DNA from: Mobula hypostoma
Taxonomy: Eukaryota
Reading direction: 5' to 3'
Length of the DNA: 64,000 bases
NCBI RefSeq assembly: GCF_963921235.1
Contig: NC_086108.1
Location: 107,510,001 to 107,574,000, forward strand
The position numbers were made by a program, and so were the translations under genes. Shown in pieces: positions 47,745 to 59,707 of the stretch. Positions within the stretch are counted from its first letter, which is position 1, and the number at the start of each line of letters is the position of its first letter. The notes below the pieces were generated by a model, which worked only from the letters and a program-made list of their open reading frames with translations, made no database searches and was not told the origin of the DNA.

Positions 47745-50205
47745 TTCAAGTCAAGTCACTTTTTATTGTAGTTTCGACCATAACTGCTGGTACAGTACAC
47801 AGTAAAAACGAGACAACGTTTTTCAGGACCATGGTGTTACATGAAACAATCCAAAAGTATACTGAACTACGTAAAAACAACACAAAAACTACACTGCACA
47901 ACAGACCTACCCAGGACTGCATAAAGTGCACAAAACAGTGCAGGCATTACAATAAATAACAAACCAGACAATAAGCACAGTAGAGGACAGTAGGTTGGTG
48001 TCATTCCAGGCTCTGGGTATTGAGGAGTCTGATGGCTTGGTTATATAGTCTGGTCGTGAGAGCCTGAATACTTCGGTGCCTTTTGCCAGATGGCAGGAGG
48101 GAGAAGAGTTTGTATGAAGGATGCGTGGGGTCCTTCACAATACTGTTAGCTTTACAGATGCAGTGTGTGCTGTAAATGTCTGTAATGGTGGGAAGAGAGA
48201 CCCCGATGATCTTCTCAGCTGACCTCACTATCCGCTGCAGGGTCTTGCAATCTGAGATGGTGCAATTTCCTACAGGCAGTGATGCAGCTGCTCAGGATGC
48301 TCTCAGTACAACCTCTGTAGAATGTGGTGAGGATGGGGGGGTGGGAGATGGACTTCTTTCAGCTCTCGCAGAAAGTAGAGACGGTGCTGGGCTTTCTTTG
48401 TTATGGAGCTGGTGTTGAGGGACCAGGTGAGATTCTCCACCAGGTGAACACCAAGAAATTTGGTGCTCTTAACAATCTCTATGGAGGAGTCATCAATGTT
48501 CAGCGGAGAGTGGTCGTTCCGTGTCCTCCTGAAGTCAACAACCATCTCTTTTGTTTTGTTCACATTCAGAGACAGGTTGTTGGCTCTGCACCAGTCTGTT
48601 AGCCGCTGCACCTCCTCTCTGTATGCTGACTCATCGTTCTTGCTGATGAGACCCATCACGGTCGTGTCATCGGCGAACTTGATGATGTGGTTCGAGCTGT
48701 GTATTGCTGCACAGTCGTGGGTTAGCAGAGTGAACAGCAGTGGACTGAGCACACAGCCCTGGGGGGCCCCCGTGCTCAGTGTGATGGTGTTGGAGATGCT
48801 GCTTCCAATCCAGACTGACTGAGGTCTCCCAGTCAGGAAGTCTAGGATCCAGTTGCAGGGGGAGGTGTTCAGGCCCAGTAGGCTCAGCTTTCCAGTCATT
48901 TCTGAGGAATAATTGTGTTGAATGCTGAACTGAAGTCTATGAACAGCATTCAAACGTACGTGTCTTTTTTGTCCAGGTGGGTTAGGGCCAGGTGGAAGGT
49001 GATGGCAATGGCATCATCTGTTGAACGGTTGGGACGGTACGCGAACTGCAGGGGTCCAGTGAGGGGGGCAGCAGGGTCTTGATGTGCCTTATGACGAGCC
49101 TCTCGAAACACTTCATGATGATGTATGTGAGTGCAACGGGACGGTAGTCGTTGAGGCAGGACACTGAAGACTTCTTTGGCACGGGGACGATGGTGGCGGC
49201 CTTGAAGCACGTGGTAATGATGGCGCTGTTCAGGGAGATGTTGAAGATGTCAGTGAGAATCTCTGCTAGCTGGTCTGCACATCCTCTAAGCACTCTGCCA
49301 GGAATATCGTCCGGTCCACCAGCCTTCCGTGGGTTGACCCTGCAGAGGGTTCTCCTCACATCGGCCATGGTAGGACACAGTACCTGGTCATTTGGAGGAG
49401 GGGTGGTCTTCCTCGCTGCCACGTCATTTTCCACCTCAAAACGAGCGTAGAAGTTGTTCAACACAACTGGGAAGGAGGCATCACCAGCACAGGCAAGTGG
49501 TGTTGTCTTGTAGTTGGTGATGTCCTGAATGCCCTTCCACATGCGCTGCGTGTCGCTGCTGGCCTGGAAGTGGCTGTGGCTTCGCTGGGCGTGTGCACGC
49601 TTTGCCTCTCTGATGGCCCGGGACAGTTTGGCCCTCACTGTTGTTAGGGCTGCCTTGTCGCCTGCTCTGAAGGCGGAGTCATGGGTCCTCAGCAGCGCAC
49701 GCATCTCCACGGTCATCCATGGCTTCTGGTCAGCGCGTGTAGAGATGGTCTTGGCCACAGTGATGTCATCGATGCACTTGCTGATGTAGCTAGTCACTGA
49801 TGCCATGTACTCCTCTAAGTTGGTAGAGTCGCCATCGGTTGCAGCCTCCCTGAACATGTGCCAGTCAGTGTGCTCAAAGCAGTCTTGAAGAGCAGAGATG
49901 GCTCCTGCTGGCCAGGTTTTCACCTGCTTCTGAACTGGTCTGGAGCGCCTCACGAGTGGTCTGTATGCTGGGATTAGCATAACAGAGATGCGGTCTGAGT
50001 AACCGAGGTGGGGGCGGGGCTGTGCCCAGTGTGCGTTGGGAATGTTTGTATAAACAAGGTCCAACGTGTTCTCCCCTCTTGTTGCAAAGTCCACGTTCTG
50101 ATGGAATCTGGGGGGCACTGACTTAAGGTTCGCGTGATTAAAATCTCCAGCGACAGTAAGCAGTCCATCAGGGTGTGCGTTCTGCAGTTCGCTAATAGCC
50201 CACCC
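47745..50205 (-). mobile_element. Rex1/Babar LINE (partial APE plus RT), frameshifted
   Basis: ORFs 48982..50277 ([26 protein letters not shown]) and 48303..48953 ([21 protein letters not shown]); (ACTTG)n tail. Confidence 0.95.
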
Positions 50206-50689
50206 ATCCCCCACATCTGTAGAAACTATGCAAATACTAAAAGGAACGAATAATAATAAATAAATAAATACATACATACATTAATAAATAAGCAATAAAT
50301 ATTGAGAACATGATATGAAGAGTCCTTGAATGTGAGTGCATGGGTTGTGGGAACATTTCAAGTGAAGTCGAGAGAAGTTATCCCCTTTGGTTCATGAGCC
50401 TGATGGTAGAGGGGTAATAACTGTTTAGTACTGTACATCGAAACAGAGAAATGTATTACTTGCATCAATTCAGATCAGTGAGGATTGTGCTAGGGGTAGC
50501 CTGCCAAAAGTGTCGACATGCTTCCAGTGCTGGCATACCACTCCCACAACTGGCTAACCCTAAACTGTATGTCTTCAGAATGTGGGACGGAACTGGAGCA
50601 CCCAGAAGAAACCCTTGCAGTCACAGGGAACACACATCAAAGTTGCTGGTGAACGCAGCAGGCCAGGCAGCATCTCTAGGAAGAGGTAC

Positions 50690-50725
50690 AGTCGACGTTT
50701 CGGGCCGAGACCCTTCGTCAGGACT
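50690..50725 (-). ncRNA. Minimal type-I hammerhead ribozyme, best-preserved copy
   Basis: AGUC CUGACGA A GGG UCUCGG CCC GAAA CG UC^GACU; stem I AGUC/GACU, stem II GGG/CCC, palindromic ACGU stem III, GUC cleavage triplet. Confidence 0.78.
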
Positions 50726-51035
50726 AACTGAAAGAAGAGCTAGTAAGAGATTTGAGAGGGGGAGGGGGAGATCCGAAATGATAGGAGAAGACAGGAGGGG
50801 GAGGGATTGAGCCAAGAGCTGGACGGTTGTTTGGCAAAAGGGATATGAGAGGATCATGGGACGTCCCCCTTGTCTTTCTCTCTAGGCCTCCTGTCCCATG
50901 ATCCTCTCATATCCCTTTTGCCAATCAACTGTCCAGCTCTTGGCTCCATCCCTCCCCCTCCTGTCTTTTCCTATCATTTTGGATCTCCCCCTCCCCCTCC
51001 CACTTTCAAATCTCTTACTAGCTCTTCTTTCAGTT

Positions 51036-51071
51036 ATTCCTGACAAAGGGTCTCGGCCTGAAACGTCGACC
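51036..51071 (+). ncRNA. Hammerhead motif with core mutation (CUGACAA)
   Basis: AUUC CUGACAA AGGG UCUCGG CCU GAAA CGUC GACC; G8-to-A change, likely inactive. Confidence 0.55.
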
Positions 51072-52769
51072 GTACCTCTTCCTAGAGATGCGGCCTGGCC
51101 TGCTGCGTTCACCAGCAACTTTTATGTGTGTTGCTTGAAATTCCAGCATCTACAGATTTCCTCATGTTTGCAGTCACGGGGAGAATGTACAAACTCCTTA
51201 TAGACAGTGGTGGTGTCTGAACCCTGATTTTACAGCTGGCACTTTAATAGCACTGCTCTAACCGATATGCCACTGTGTCACCACAGAGATGCATAGTTTG
51301 GGTCTACAATTGCCGCCACTTTCCAGCACCAACATGGTGTGCCAAGCCTAAGCTGTTGTCTTTAGATCATGAGTGAAACCAGAGTACCCAGAGGAAACCC
51401 ATTCAAACTCCTTAGAGACTGCAATGGGAATTGAACCCCGATATTACAGCTCGTGTTGCAGTAGCATTATGCTAACCACTGTCTACCATGCCATCACCTG
51501 GCGTGCAGGTAATGCGTTGAAAGGGAAGCAAAATACCGTAGACAATGGAAACCTGAAATAAAGGGTGGGAGGACTGCTGGGAAAAGCTCAGGTCAATACA
51601 TGCCAACAGTTCCAGCTGCCTGAAGTCCCAGAATTTCATCACAGAAAGTTTTGTTAGCACTTAACATCATCGTTATGTCTAATGTCTTATGATGTGGGCA
51701 ATCATGGTCTTCCATCTGTCTTAAGCCTGTGGGGAGGATCCTGTTCATGCTGTTGTTCTTATTTTATTCTCTATCCATGACCATGATGGTTCTTGGCAAA
51801 TTTTTCTACGGAAGAGGTTTGCCATTGCTTTCTTCTGGGCCATGTCTTGTTTGCAATCCACACACAAAATGCTGGAAGAGCTCAGCAGGGCGAGTGGCCT
51901 AAGTTTGCTCTTACAGTATGTCTTAAGGCCTTGTGGACCATAGACTTTCGCCCCTGAAGAACACAGCCAAAAATACTTCCTCAGGACGCTAAAGAAATTC
52001 AGCGTGTCTATTTTTAATCTACTTTTATTGGTGTACCATAAAAAGCATTCTCTGTGGATGCATCACAGCTTGGTATGGGAACCGCTTTACACATGACCAC
52101 AAGAAGCAGATCTTAAACACAAGAGGTTCAGCCAATGCTGGAGATCCAGAGCAACACACACAAAATGCTGGAGGAACTCAGCGGCTCAGGCAGCTTCAAT
52201 GGAAGAGAATAAACATTTGGCGTTTCGGGCCAAGGCCATTCACCAAGACTGGAAAGGAAAGGGGAAGAAGACAGAATAAGATGGTGATGTTACCATTGGG
52301 AAGTGACTAGATTAAGAAAAGAGCAACCATGTTCGCATTGATTTTCATATAAAGTTGAAGGCTTTTATCGGGTTATGAGGAACTGATCAATGCCATGTTC
52401 TCTTGAGGCTCCTGGCTTGTGTAACAATGCAAACAGAGTGCTGGAGGATCTCAGCAGGTCAGGCGTGGGATAAGCAGTCAATGTTTTGGGCTGAGGCCTT
52501 TCCTCTGGACTGGAAAGGAGGGGGCAAGAACTAGAATAAGAAGGTAGGGTTGTTCTCCACGTGCACAAGCACATAAAGTGTGACTGGAGAACAAGTTTGA
52601 GTTTTCAGTCCCGTTAATCAGGTGGGGCAGTACAAGCTGGCAGGTGATAGGTGAGACCAGGTGAAGGGGAAAGGTGGGTGCATGGGATGAAATGAAAAGA
52701 GGGAAAGTGCTGGGTAGGACTGGTAAAAGACTAAAAAAGAGAGAGAGTCTGATAGATTTTTTTTGTTAT

Positions 52770-53040
52770 TGGTTTAAAGAATGTGAGGCTGAGCTGACAT
52801 TTAATTGTCCATTCCTAGTTGCCCTTGAGAAGGTGGGGGTGAGCTGCCTTTTAGAACTGCTAAGGTCCCTGAGGTGTGGGGAGACCCACAGTGCTGACGG
52901 GGAGGGAGTTCCTGGACTTTTGATCCAGGGACAGTGAGATATTTCCAAGCTGGGATGGTGTGTAGCCTGGAGAGAAACTTGCAAGGGGTGCTATCCTCTG
53001 TGCTTTTGCAGCCTTGACCTCCTCGCTGGCCAATGTGATG
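52770..53040 (-). mobile_element. Old CR1/L2-clade LINE 3' end
   Basis: CATTTAATTGTCCATTCCTAGTTGCCCTTGAGAAGGTGGGGGTGAGCTGCC resembles a common elasmobranch LINE tail; recognised by recall. Confidence 0.55.
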
Positions 53041-55329
53041 GACTTGGAGTCTTGGTGAGTTACTGCTCTGAATCCTGTGGATGCCACAAGCCAATGGGTG
53101 ACATGGTAGCATCGCCATCAGCTCAGTGCTGTTACAACTCAGAGAATCAATGTTTGGAGTTCAATCCCGGTGTCTTCTGTATGGAATGCATAGGTTTCCT
53201 CTGGGCGCTCTGGTTTCCTTCCACAGTCCAAAGACATACCAGTTAGTAGGTTAATTGGTGATAGTAAATTGTCCCATGATTGTTGTTGGGTCTCTCTGCA
53301 CCTTGTGTGCATTAGGCAATATCCTTGCTGTTCGTTAGCATTTGTCTGCTTTTTTATGAGGCCAAGTTGCTAGTTCGATGCTTAACCCAGCATGGATAGA
53401 AAGCATGCAAGTGGCCAGCCAGACTCGAAGCTGGAACCACATGTCTGGAAATCCGATTGATGCTCCAAGCTGTAACAGCACTGAGCTAACTGCTACACTA
53501 CCATGTCACCATTTGGCTTGTAGCATCCACAGATTCCACTACACCACTGGCTGGCGAGTCCTGTGATGAGCCTCGGGTTAAGTCGGGGGTTGCTGGGCAG
53601 TGTGGCTCATTGGCTGGGAGTGGCCTATTCTGCACTGTATCTCGAACATAAAATAAATATTGTGACTGTGACATGGTGGAGAACTGAGTGAATGGTTGTT
53701 GATGAGTTGACCATAAGATATAGGAGCAGAATAAGACCATTCAGCCTATCAAGTCTGCTCTGCCATTTGATAATGGCTGACTCATTTTCTCTCTCAACCC
53801 TATTCCCCTGCCATCCCCCTGTAACTTTTTACACCTTTACTAATCAAGAACCCATCAAACTTTGCCTCAACTATACCCAGTGACTTGGTCTCCACGGTTG
53901 TCTGCAGCAATGAATTCCACAGGTTCACCACACTCTAGCTGAAGGATTAAGGCATTCAGGTCAGGTAAACCTGCTGTTAAGTATTTCAAGCACATTTTGG
54001 TCTTTAACGACAAACTTGCCACTATCATTGCCCCACTTACACTTCAACATTTTGTCTTGAAGACTACGCATTATTGTCCACATCTTGAGGTTCTCTGTAA
54101 TCTTCAAAGTTTAAAGTAAGTCTGCAATTCCTTGTGAATTGAATAATTGCTTAAAGGCTTAAAGATATTTACTGTAATTCAGCAGCTTTATTTATGCTTT
54201 GTTTGCAAACCTGCTTTCAGTGAGCCCTAACGTGGATCAGACTGGATACCTAATTGTGATGTTGTCAGGTAATAGTTTAGAAAGGAAGCTTTAGCCTAAA
54301 TCCCATAATCAGTCTGACCTAAAACATTTAGGGAAAGGCAATTGGTTATAATCAGAGTCAACATTAATTGTGTTTCGTGGTGAAACCCTTTTGGTTGACG
54401 TCTGAAAGGGAAAGTTAATTGGTGTGTTTTAAGTTAAAATATCAAGATTGAATACCATTTAATGTCATTTCCTGTATACAACTGTAAAGGAGAATGAAAT
54501 AATTGTTACTTCAGATCCAATGTAACACCAAAAAAACACAATAAGATAAAGAACACAATAATAATAAAAAACACTAAATATAATTGCATAAGATATATAG
54601 AGTGGTGAGGTCGAGATATGTCTCTGCCAAGGGAGGTGTATGGTGCTCCTTCCCTCCACTAGCCTGCAGGCCACCCTTGGGTGAGGTGTAGCTCCTGCTG
54701 AGCCCCACTGTTAACTAAAGCAATGGGTTCAGGTGGTGGATGGCCGTACGAGCAGCTGATACATATCACAAATCCTGGTTATGCAAACACTGACACCAGG
54801 CAAACCTTGAAGAGTATTGATAACGGCTGGGGTCACCCGTCTTATAAAGACACTGCCCAGAAGAAGGCAATGGTAAACTACTTTAATAGAAAAAATTGCC
54901 AAGAAAATCATGGTCATGAGACCATGGTCACCCACATCATATGACGCAGCACATCATGATGATGATGACACAGATTGATTGTATGTCCATAAAGTGGCAC
55001 TAGACACAGGAGTGTCTGTACATAAGGTGACTGACAGGAAATGATGAAGTAGTGTTGGTTGGGCATGTGGAGGTGGAGGTGTTGATTAGCTTTACTGCTT
55101 GGGGAAAGTAACTGTTTTTGAGTCTGGTGATCCTGGTGTGGATGCTATGTAGCCTCCTCCCTGATGGGAGTGGGACAAACAGCCCATGACCAGGGTGGGT
55201 GGGATGTTTCATCATGTATCTGGCCCTTTTCTGGTACCTTTCTGTATTTATGTCTTTGATGGTGGGTAGGCTGGTGCCAGTGATGCATTAGGCTGTTGGA
55301 TAATGAATATCACGAGTGTTCTTATGAAA

Positions 55330-56900
55330 CACAGAACATAGAATAGTACAGCACAGTACAGGCCCTTCGGCCCACAATGTTGTGCTGACCCTCAAACCCT
55401 GCCTCCCATATAACCCCCCACCTTAAATTCCTCCATATACCTGTCTAGTAGTCTCTTAAACTTCACTAGTGTATCTGCCTCCACCACCGACTCAGGCAGT
55501 GCATTCCACGCACCAACCACTCTCTAAGTAAAAAACCTTCCTCTAATATCCCCCTTGAACTTCCCGCCCCTTACCTTAAAGCCATGTCCTCTTGTATTGA
55601 GCAGTGGTGCCCTGGGGAAAAGGCGCTGGCTATCCACTCTATCTATTCCTCTTATTATCTTGTACACCTCTATCATGTCTCCTCTCATCCTCCTTCTCTC
55701 CAAAGGGTAAAGCCCTAGCTTCCTTAATTTCTGATCATAATGCATACTCTCTAAACCAGGCAGCATCCTGGTAAATCTCCTCTGTACCCTTTCCAATGCT
55801 TCCACATCCTTCCTATAGTGAGGTGACTAGAACTGGACACAGTACTCCAAGTGTGGCCTAACCAGAGTTTTATAGAGCTGCATCATTACATCACAACTCT
55901 TAAACTCTATCCCTCGACTTATGAAAGCTAACACCCCATAAGCTTTCTTAACTACCCTATCCACCTGTGAGGCAACTTTCAGGGATCTGTGGATATGTAC
56001 CCCGAGATCCCTCTGCCCCTCTACACTACCAGGTATCCTGCCATTTACTTTGTACACTGCCTTGGAGTTTGTCCTTCCAAAGTGTACCACCTCACACTTC
56101 TCTGGGTTGAACTCCATCTGCCACTTCTCAGCCCACTTCTGCATCCTATCAATGTCTCTCTGCAATCTTCAACAATTCTCTACACTATCTACAACACCAC
56201 CAACCTTTGTGTCATCTGCAAACTTGCCAACCCACCCTTCTACCCCCACATCCAGGTCGTTAATAAAAATCACGAAAAGTAGAGGTCCCAGAACAGATCC
56301 TTGTGGGACACCACTAGTCACAATCCTCCAATCTGAATGTACTCCCTCCACTACGACCATCTGCCTTCTGCAGGCAAGCCAATTCTGAATCCACCTGGCC
56401 AAACTTCCCTGGATCCCATGCCTTCTGACTTTCTGAATAAGCCTACCGTGCGGAACCTTGTCAAATGCCTTACTAAAATCCATATAGATCACATCCACTG
56501 CACTACCCTCATCTATATGCCTGGTCACCTCCTCAAAGAACTCTATCAGGATTGTTAGACATGATCTGTCCTTCACAAAGCCATGCTGACTGTCCCTGAT
56601 CAGACCATTATTCTCTAAATGTCCATAGATCCTATCTCTAAGAATCTTTTCCAACAGCTTTCCCATCACAGACGTAAGGCTCACTGGTCTATAATCACCC
56701 GGACTATCCCTACTACCTTTTTTGAACAAGGGGACAACATTCGCCTCCCTCCAATCCTCAGGTACCATTCCCATGGACAACGAGGTCATAAAGATCCTAG
56801 CCAGAGGGTCAGCAATCTCTTCCCTCGCCTTGTGGAGCAGCCTGGGGAATATTCCGTCAGGCCCTGGGGACTTATCCGTCCTGATGTATTTTAACAACTC
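55330..56900 (-). mobile_element. CR1 LINE RT 3' half, same subfamily as 43125-45825
   Basis: ORFs 56169..56903, 55827..56165 and 55524..55805 ([33 protein letters not shown]), split by stops. Confidence 0.95.
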
Positions 56901-57064
56901 CACAATTAGTGCTTTCCAGCCTTATGAAAAGAAACTGCTGGAAATGTTGGGCAAGTCAGGAAGCAGCTGAGGAAAGAAACATTGCAGAGCTTTATCTACT
57001 GAGTACTTCAAATGTGCAACGTTGCAATAAATTCACATTGGACTGCTATAACTGAAATTTATTT

Positions 57065-57612
57065 GCAAAGACCTGCAAAAAGTAATGGATACAGCCCAAT
57101 CCATCACACGTGAAGCCCTTCCCAATAATAAGTACATCTACAAGGAGTGCTATTGCAGGGAAGGAGCATCCATCACCAAGGACCCCAACACTCAGGCCAT
57201 GCTCTCTTCTCATTGCCACCATCAGGAAGAAGGTACAGGAACATCAAGACCCACACCACCAAGTTCAGGAACAGTTATTACCCCTCATCCATCTAGTTCC
57301 TGGACCAGAGGGGATAACTTCACTCAACTTCACTCTTCCCAGCACTGAACTGTTCCCACAACCTGTAGATTCATATTCAAGGCCTCTTCATCTCAGGTTC
57401 TTGATAGCTATTGCTTATTCATGTCTTGTTATTATGTAGTACAGTTTAGTGTCTTTTGCACATTGGTTGTTTATCCGTATTGATGGGTATGGTTTTTCAT
57501 TGATTCTATTGTGTGTCTTTGTATCTACTGATAATGCCAGCAAGAAAATGAATCTCAGGTTAATGTAGGGTGACATTTATGTACCTTGATAATAAATTTA
57601 CTTTGAACTTTC
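57065..57612 (+). mobile_element. Rex1/Babar 3' end and UTR
   Basis: LQKVMDTAQSIT..ASITKDP; tail AATAAATTTACTTTGAACTT. Confidence 0.82.
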
Positions 57613-57774
57613 ATTTGGATCACTAAACATTAGATTAGCTTCATTTGATTACCTTTGTCACGTGTCCATTTGAAGATCAAAATGTATAGTGAAACCCATC
57701 ATTTTGTGTCAACATCTAACAGAGTCCAAAGACGTGCTGGGGACAAGCCACAGGAGCTGCCTTGCTTCCTGCTC

Positions 57775-58550
57775 CATAAGACCATAAGATATAGGCACAG
57801 AATTAGGCCATTTGGCCCATTGATCCTGCTCCACAATTTCATTATGGCTGATCCATATCCCTCTGAGGCCCCGCCTCCTGCCTTCTTGCCGTCTTCATTT
57901 GCCCTGACCAATCAAGAATCTATCAATCTCTTTCTTAAAGACACCCAATGACTTGACTTACACAGCTACCTGTGGCAATAAATTCCACAGATTCAGTACA
58001 CTATGGCTAAATAAATTCCTCCTCATCTCTGTTCTAAATGGACATCCCTCTATTCTGAGGCTGTGTCCTCTGGTCTTAGACTCTCCCACCATAGAAAGCT
58101 TCCTCTCCACAAGCACTCTATGTAGGCCTTTCAACATTTTATAGTTTTCAATAAGATCCCCCCTCAGTCTTCTGTATTCCAGTGAGTACCGACCCAGAGC
58201 CATCCAATGCTCCTCATATGACAAGCCTTTCAATCCTGGAATCATTTTTGTGAACCTCCTTTCAACTCTCTGCAATGCCAGCACATCCTCCATTAGATGA
58301 GGGGACCAAAACTGCTCCCAATGCTCCAGTGCCATATAAAGCCTCAGCATCACATCCTTGCTTTATAATCTATCCACTCAAAATGAATGTTAACATTGCA
58401 TTTGCCATCCTCATCATCAATTCAACCTGCAAATTAACCATTAAGGAATCCTGCACAAGGACTCCCTGGCCCCTTTGTTCCTCAGATATTTGAATTTTCA
58501 CTCCAGTTAGAAAATGGCCTTTGCTTTTCTTCCTTTTACCAAAGCGCATG
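57775..58550 (-). mobile_element. CR1 LINE 3' end
   Basis: ORF 57958..58353 QFWSPHL..ERRFTKMIPGLKGLSYEE..TRGHSL. Confidence 0.88.
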
Positions 58551-58781
58551 GCTCCAACACAGCATGCCCACAACTTACTTAACACCACCGTGTCCATCTT
58601 AGGAATGTGTGAGGAAACTCAGGTACCTGGGGAAGCCTACAAGGTCATGAGGAGAGTTACGGATTTGGCGGGAATTGAACCGATCACTGTTCTGTGTCAC
58701 AGTAGTATTGCTACGTTGACTGATAGCTACTGTGTGTGCATGGGAAAGGATTACTGAGTTCAGAAGAATTGGAATCAGATT

Positions 58782-59707
58782 TGTATGCAGTTTCTTGAGT
58801 GAGAGATTGAGAGAGGGTTTGGCAAGCAGACCTGAGGTATCCCCCGTAGTGTCCGAGCCTTAAGGGTTTAGGTGAGGGGGTGCGGAGGTCTCGGAGGATA
58901 GGTTGGCCTATGTAGCGCCCGTGGGACTGGGCATAAGGTCCACTGTTTGGGGAGCAATGTCACTGTTTGTACCTGGATTGGGTTTTTGTGTCTGCAGGAA
59001 TGGTTGGCGAGTTATTTAGAAGTCATGAGGACATGACTTTATTTGGTGGGGGGGAGAGTGTGAGGGGTTTCTTCTTTTATGTTACTGCGTAGGCTAATTA
59101 GAATTGCTTCTTTGTTATGTTAACTGCTGAGAAATTTCTCTCGTTAGCAGCTTGTTTGGGTTATATTATTGATAAGAGAGCAAACAAACCAATTGGGATA
59201 GATGTTATTCTTTCTTGTGTGTCTGTAAGCTATTGTGATGCGCTAGTTTTTGGGGCAGAAGGTGCGATGGGGAGAGAGAGGGTGGACGCAGTGCTGTGAC
59301 TGGCTAACGGGGTCGGACCCCGAGCAGGAGTCCGAGCCCCAGGGTCTTCGGCGAGGAGAGGAGACAGACTTGTGTGGAGCGTCTGGTCGACTACCGTTGT
59401 TGGTCCCAGGTGGCGGGTCGAGTGGTGAAGAGAGCTCCAACTGTTTGTGCACGAAGAGATTGAACTTTGATAAGTTTGGTGCCTTTTATTTTCCTTTTAT
59501 ATTTTTTCTCTTAATTATATAGTTCCAGTAATATCTATAAATTGTAGTCAATTAATCGTATATGATGTTTTGTCTGTTATTTGGCGGGGTGAGGTACAAT
59601 CACACAGCATCCACACAAACTTAATTACCCAGTTTGGCAGGGCCAAAGGTTGCTTCTGCTAGACGACAGCGAGTTGAGCGAGCCTGAGGCTTACCGCGGG
59701 GGCTACA
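58782..59707 (+). mobile_element. Gypsy LTR retrotransposon 3' end: pol tail, PPT and 3' LTR (59059-59707)
   Basis: GEGVRRSRR / DRLAYVAP pol-end-like motif; polypurine tract GGTGGGGGGGAGAG directly before TG at 59059; ends ...GGGGCTACA. Confidence 0.72.

Larger units (their letters stand above)
50630..51167. mobile_element. Inverted-pair Penelope pLTR insertion within a V-SINE, 15-bp TSD
   Basis: Arms ~50630-50862 and ~50893-51132 are reverse complements; TSD TTGCAGTCAC(A/G)GGGA at 50615-29 / 51168-82. Confidence 0.88.

Noticed and set aside
48982..50277. 431-aa ORF as a host or domesticated gene
   Set aside because: Rex1/Babar ORF2 segment, 5'-truncated and frameshifted relative to the RT; its start codon lies in an unrelated repeat.
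58911..59707. Solo LTR bounded by TGTAGC...GCTACA
   Set aside because: No TSD; 58911 lies within the pol-tail motif, and a PPT places the LTR start at 59059.
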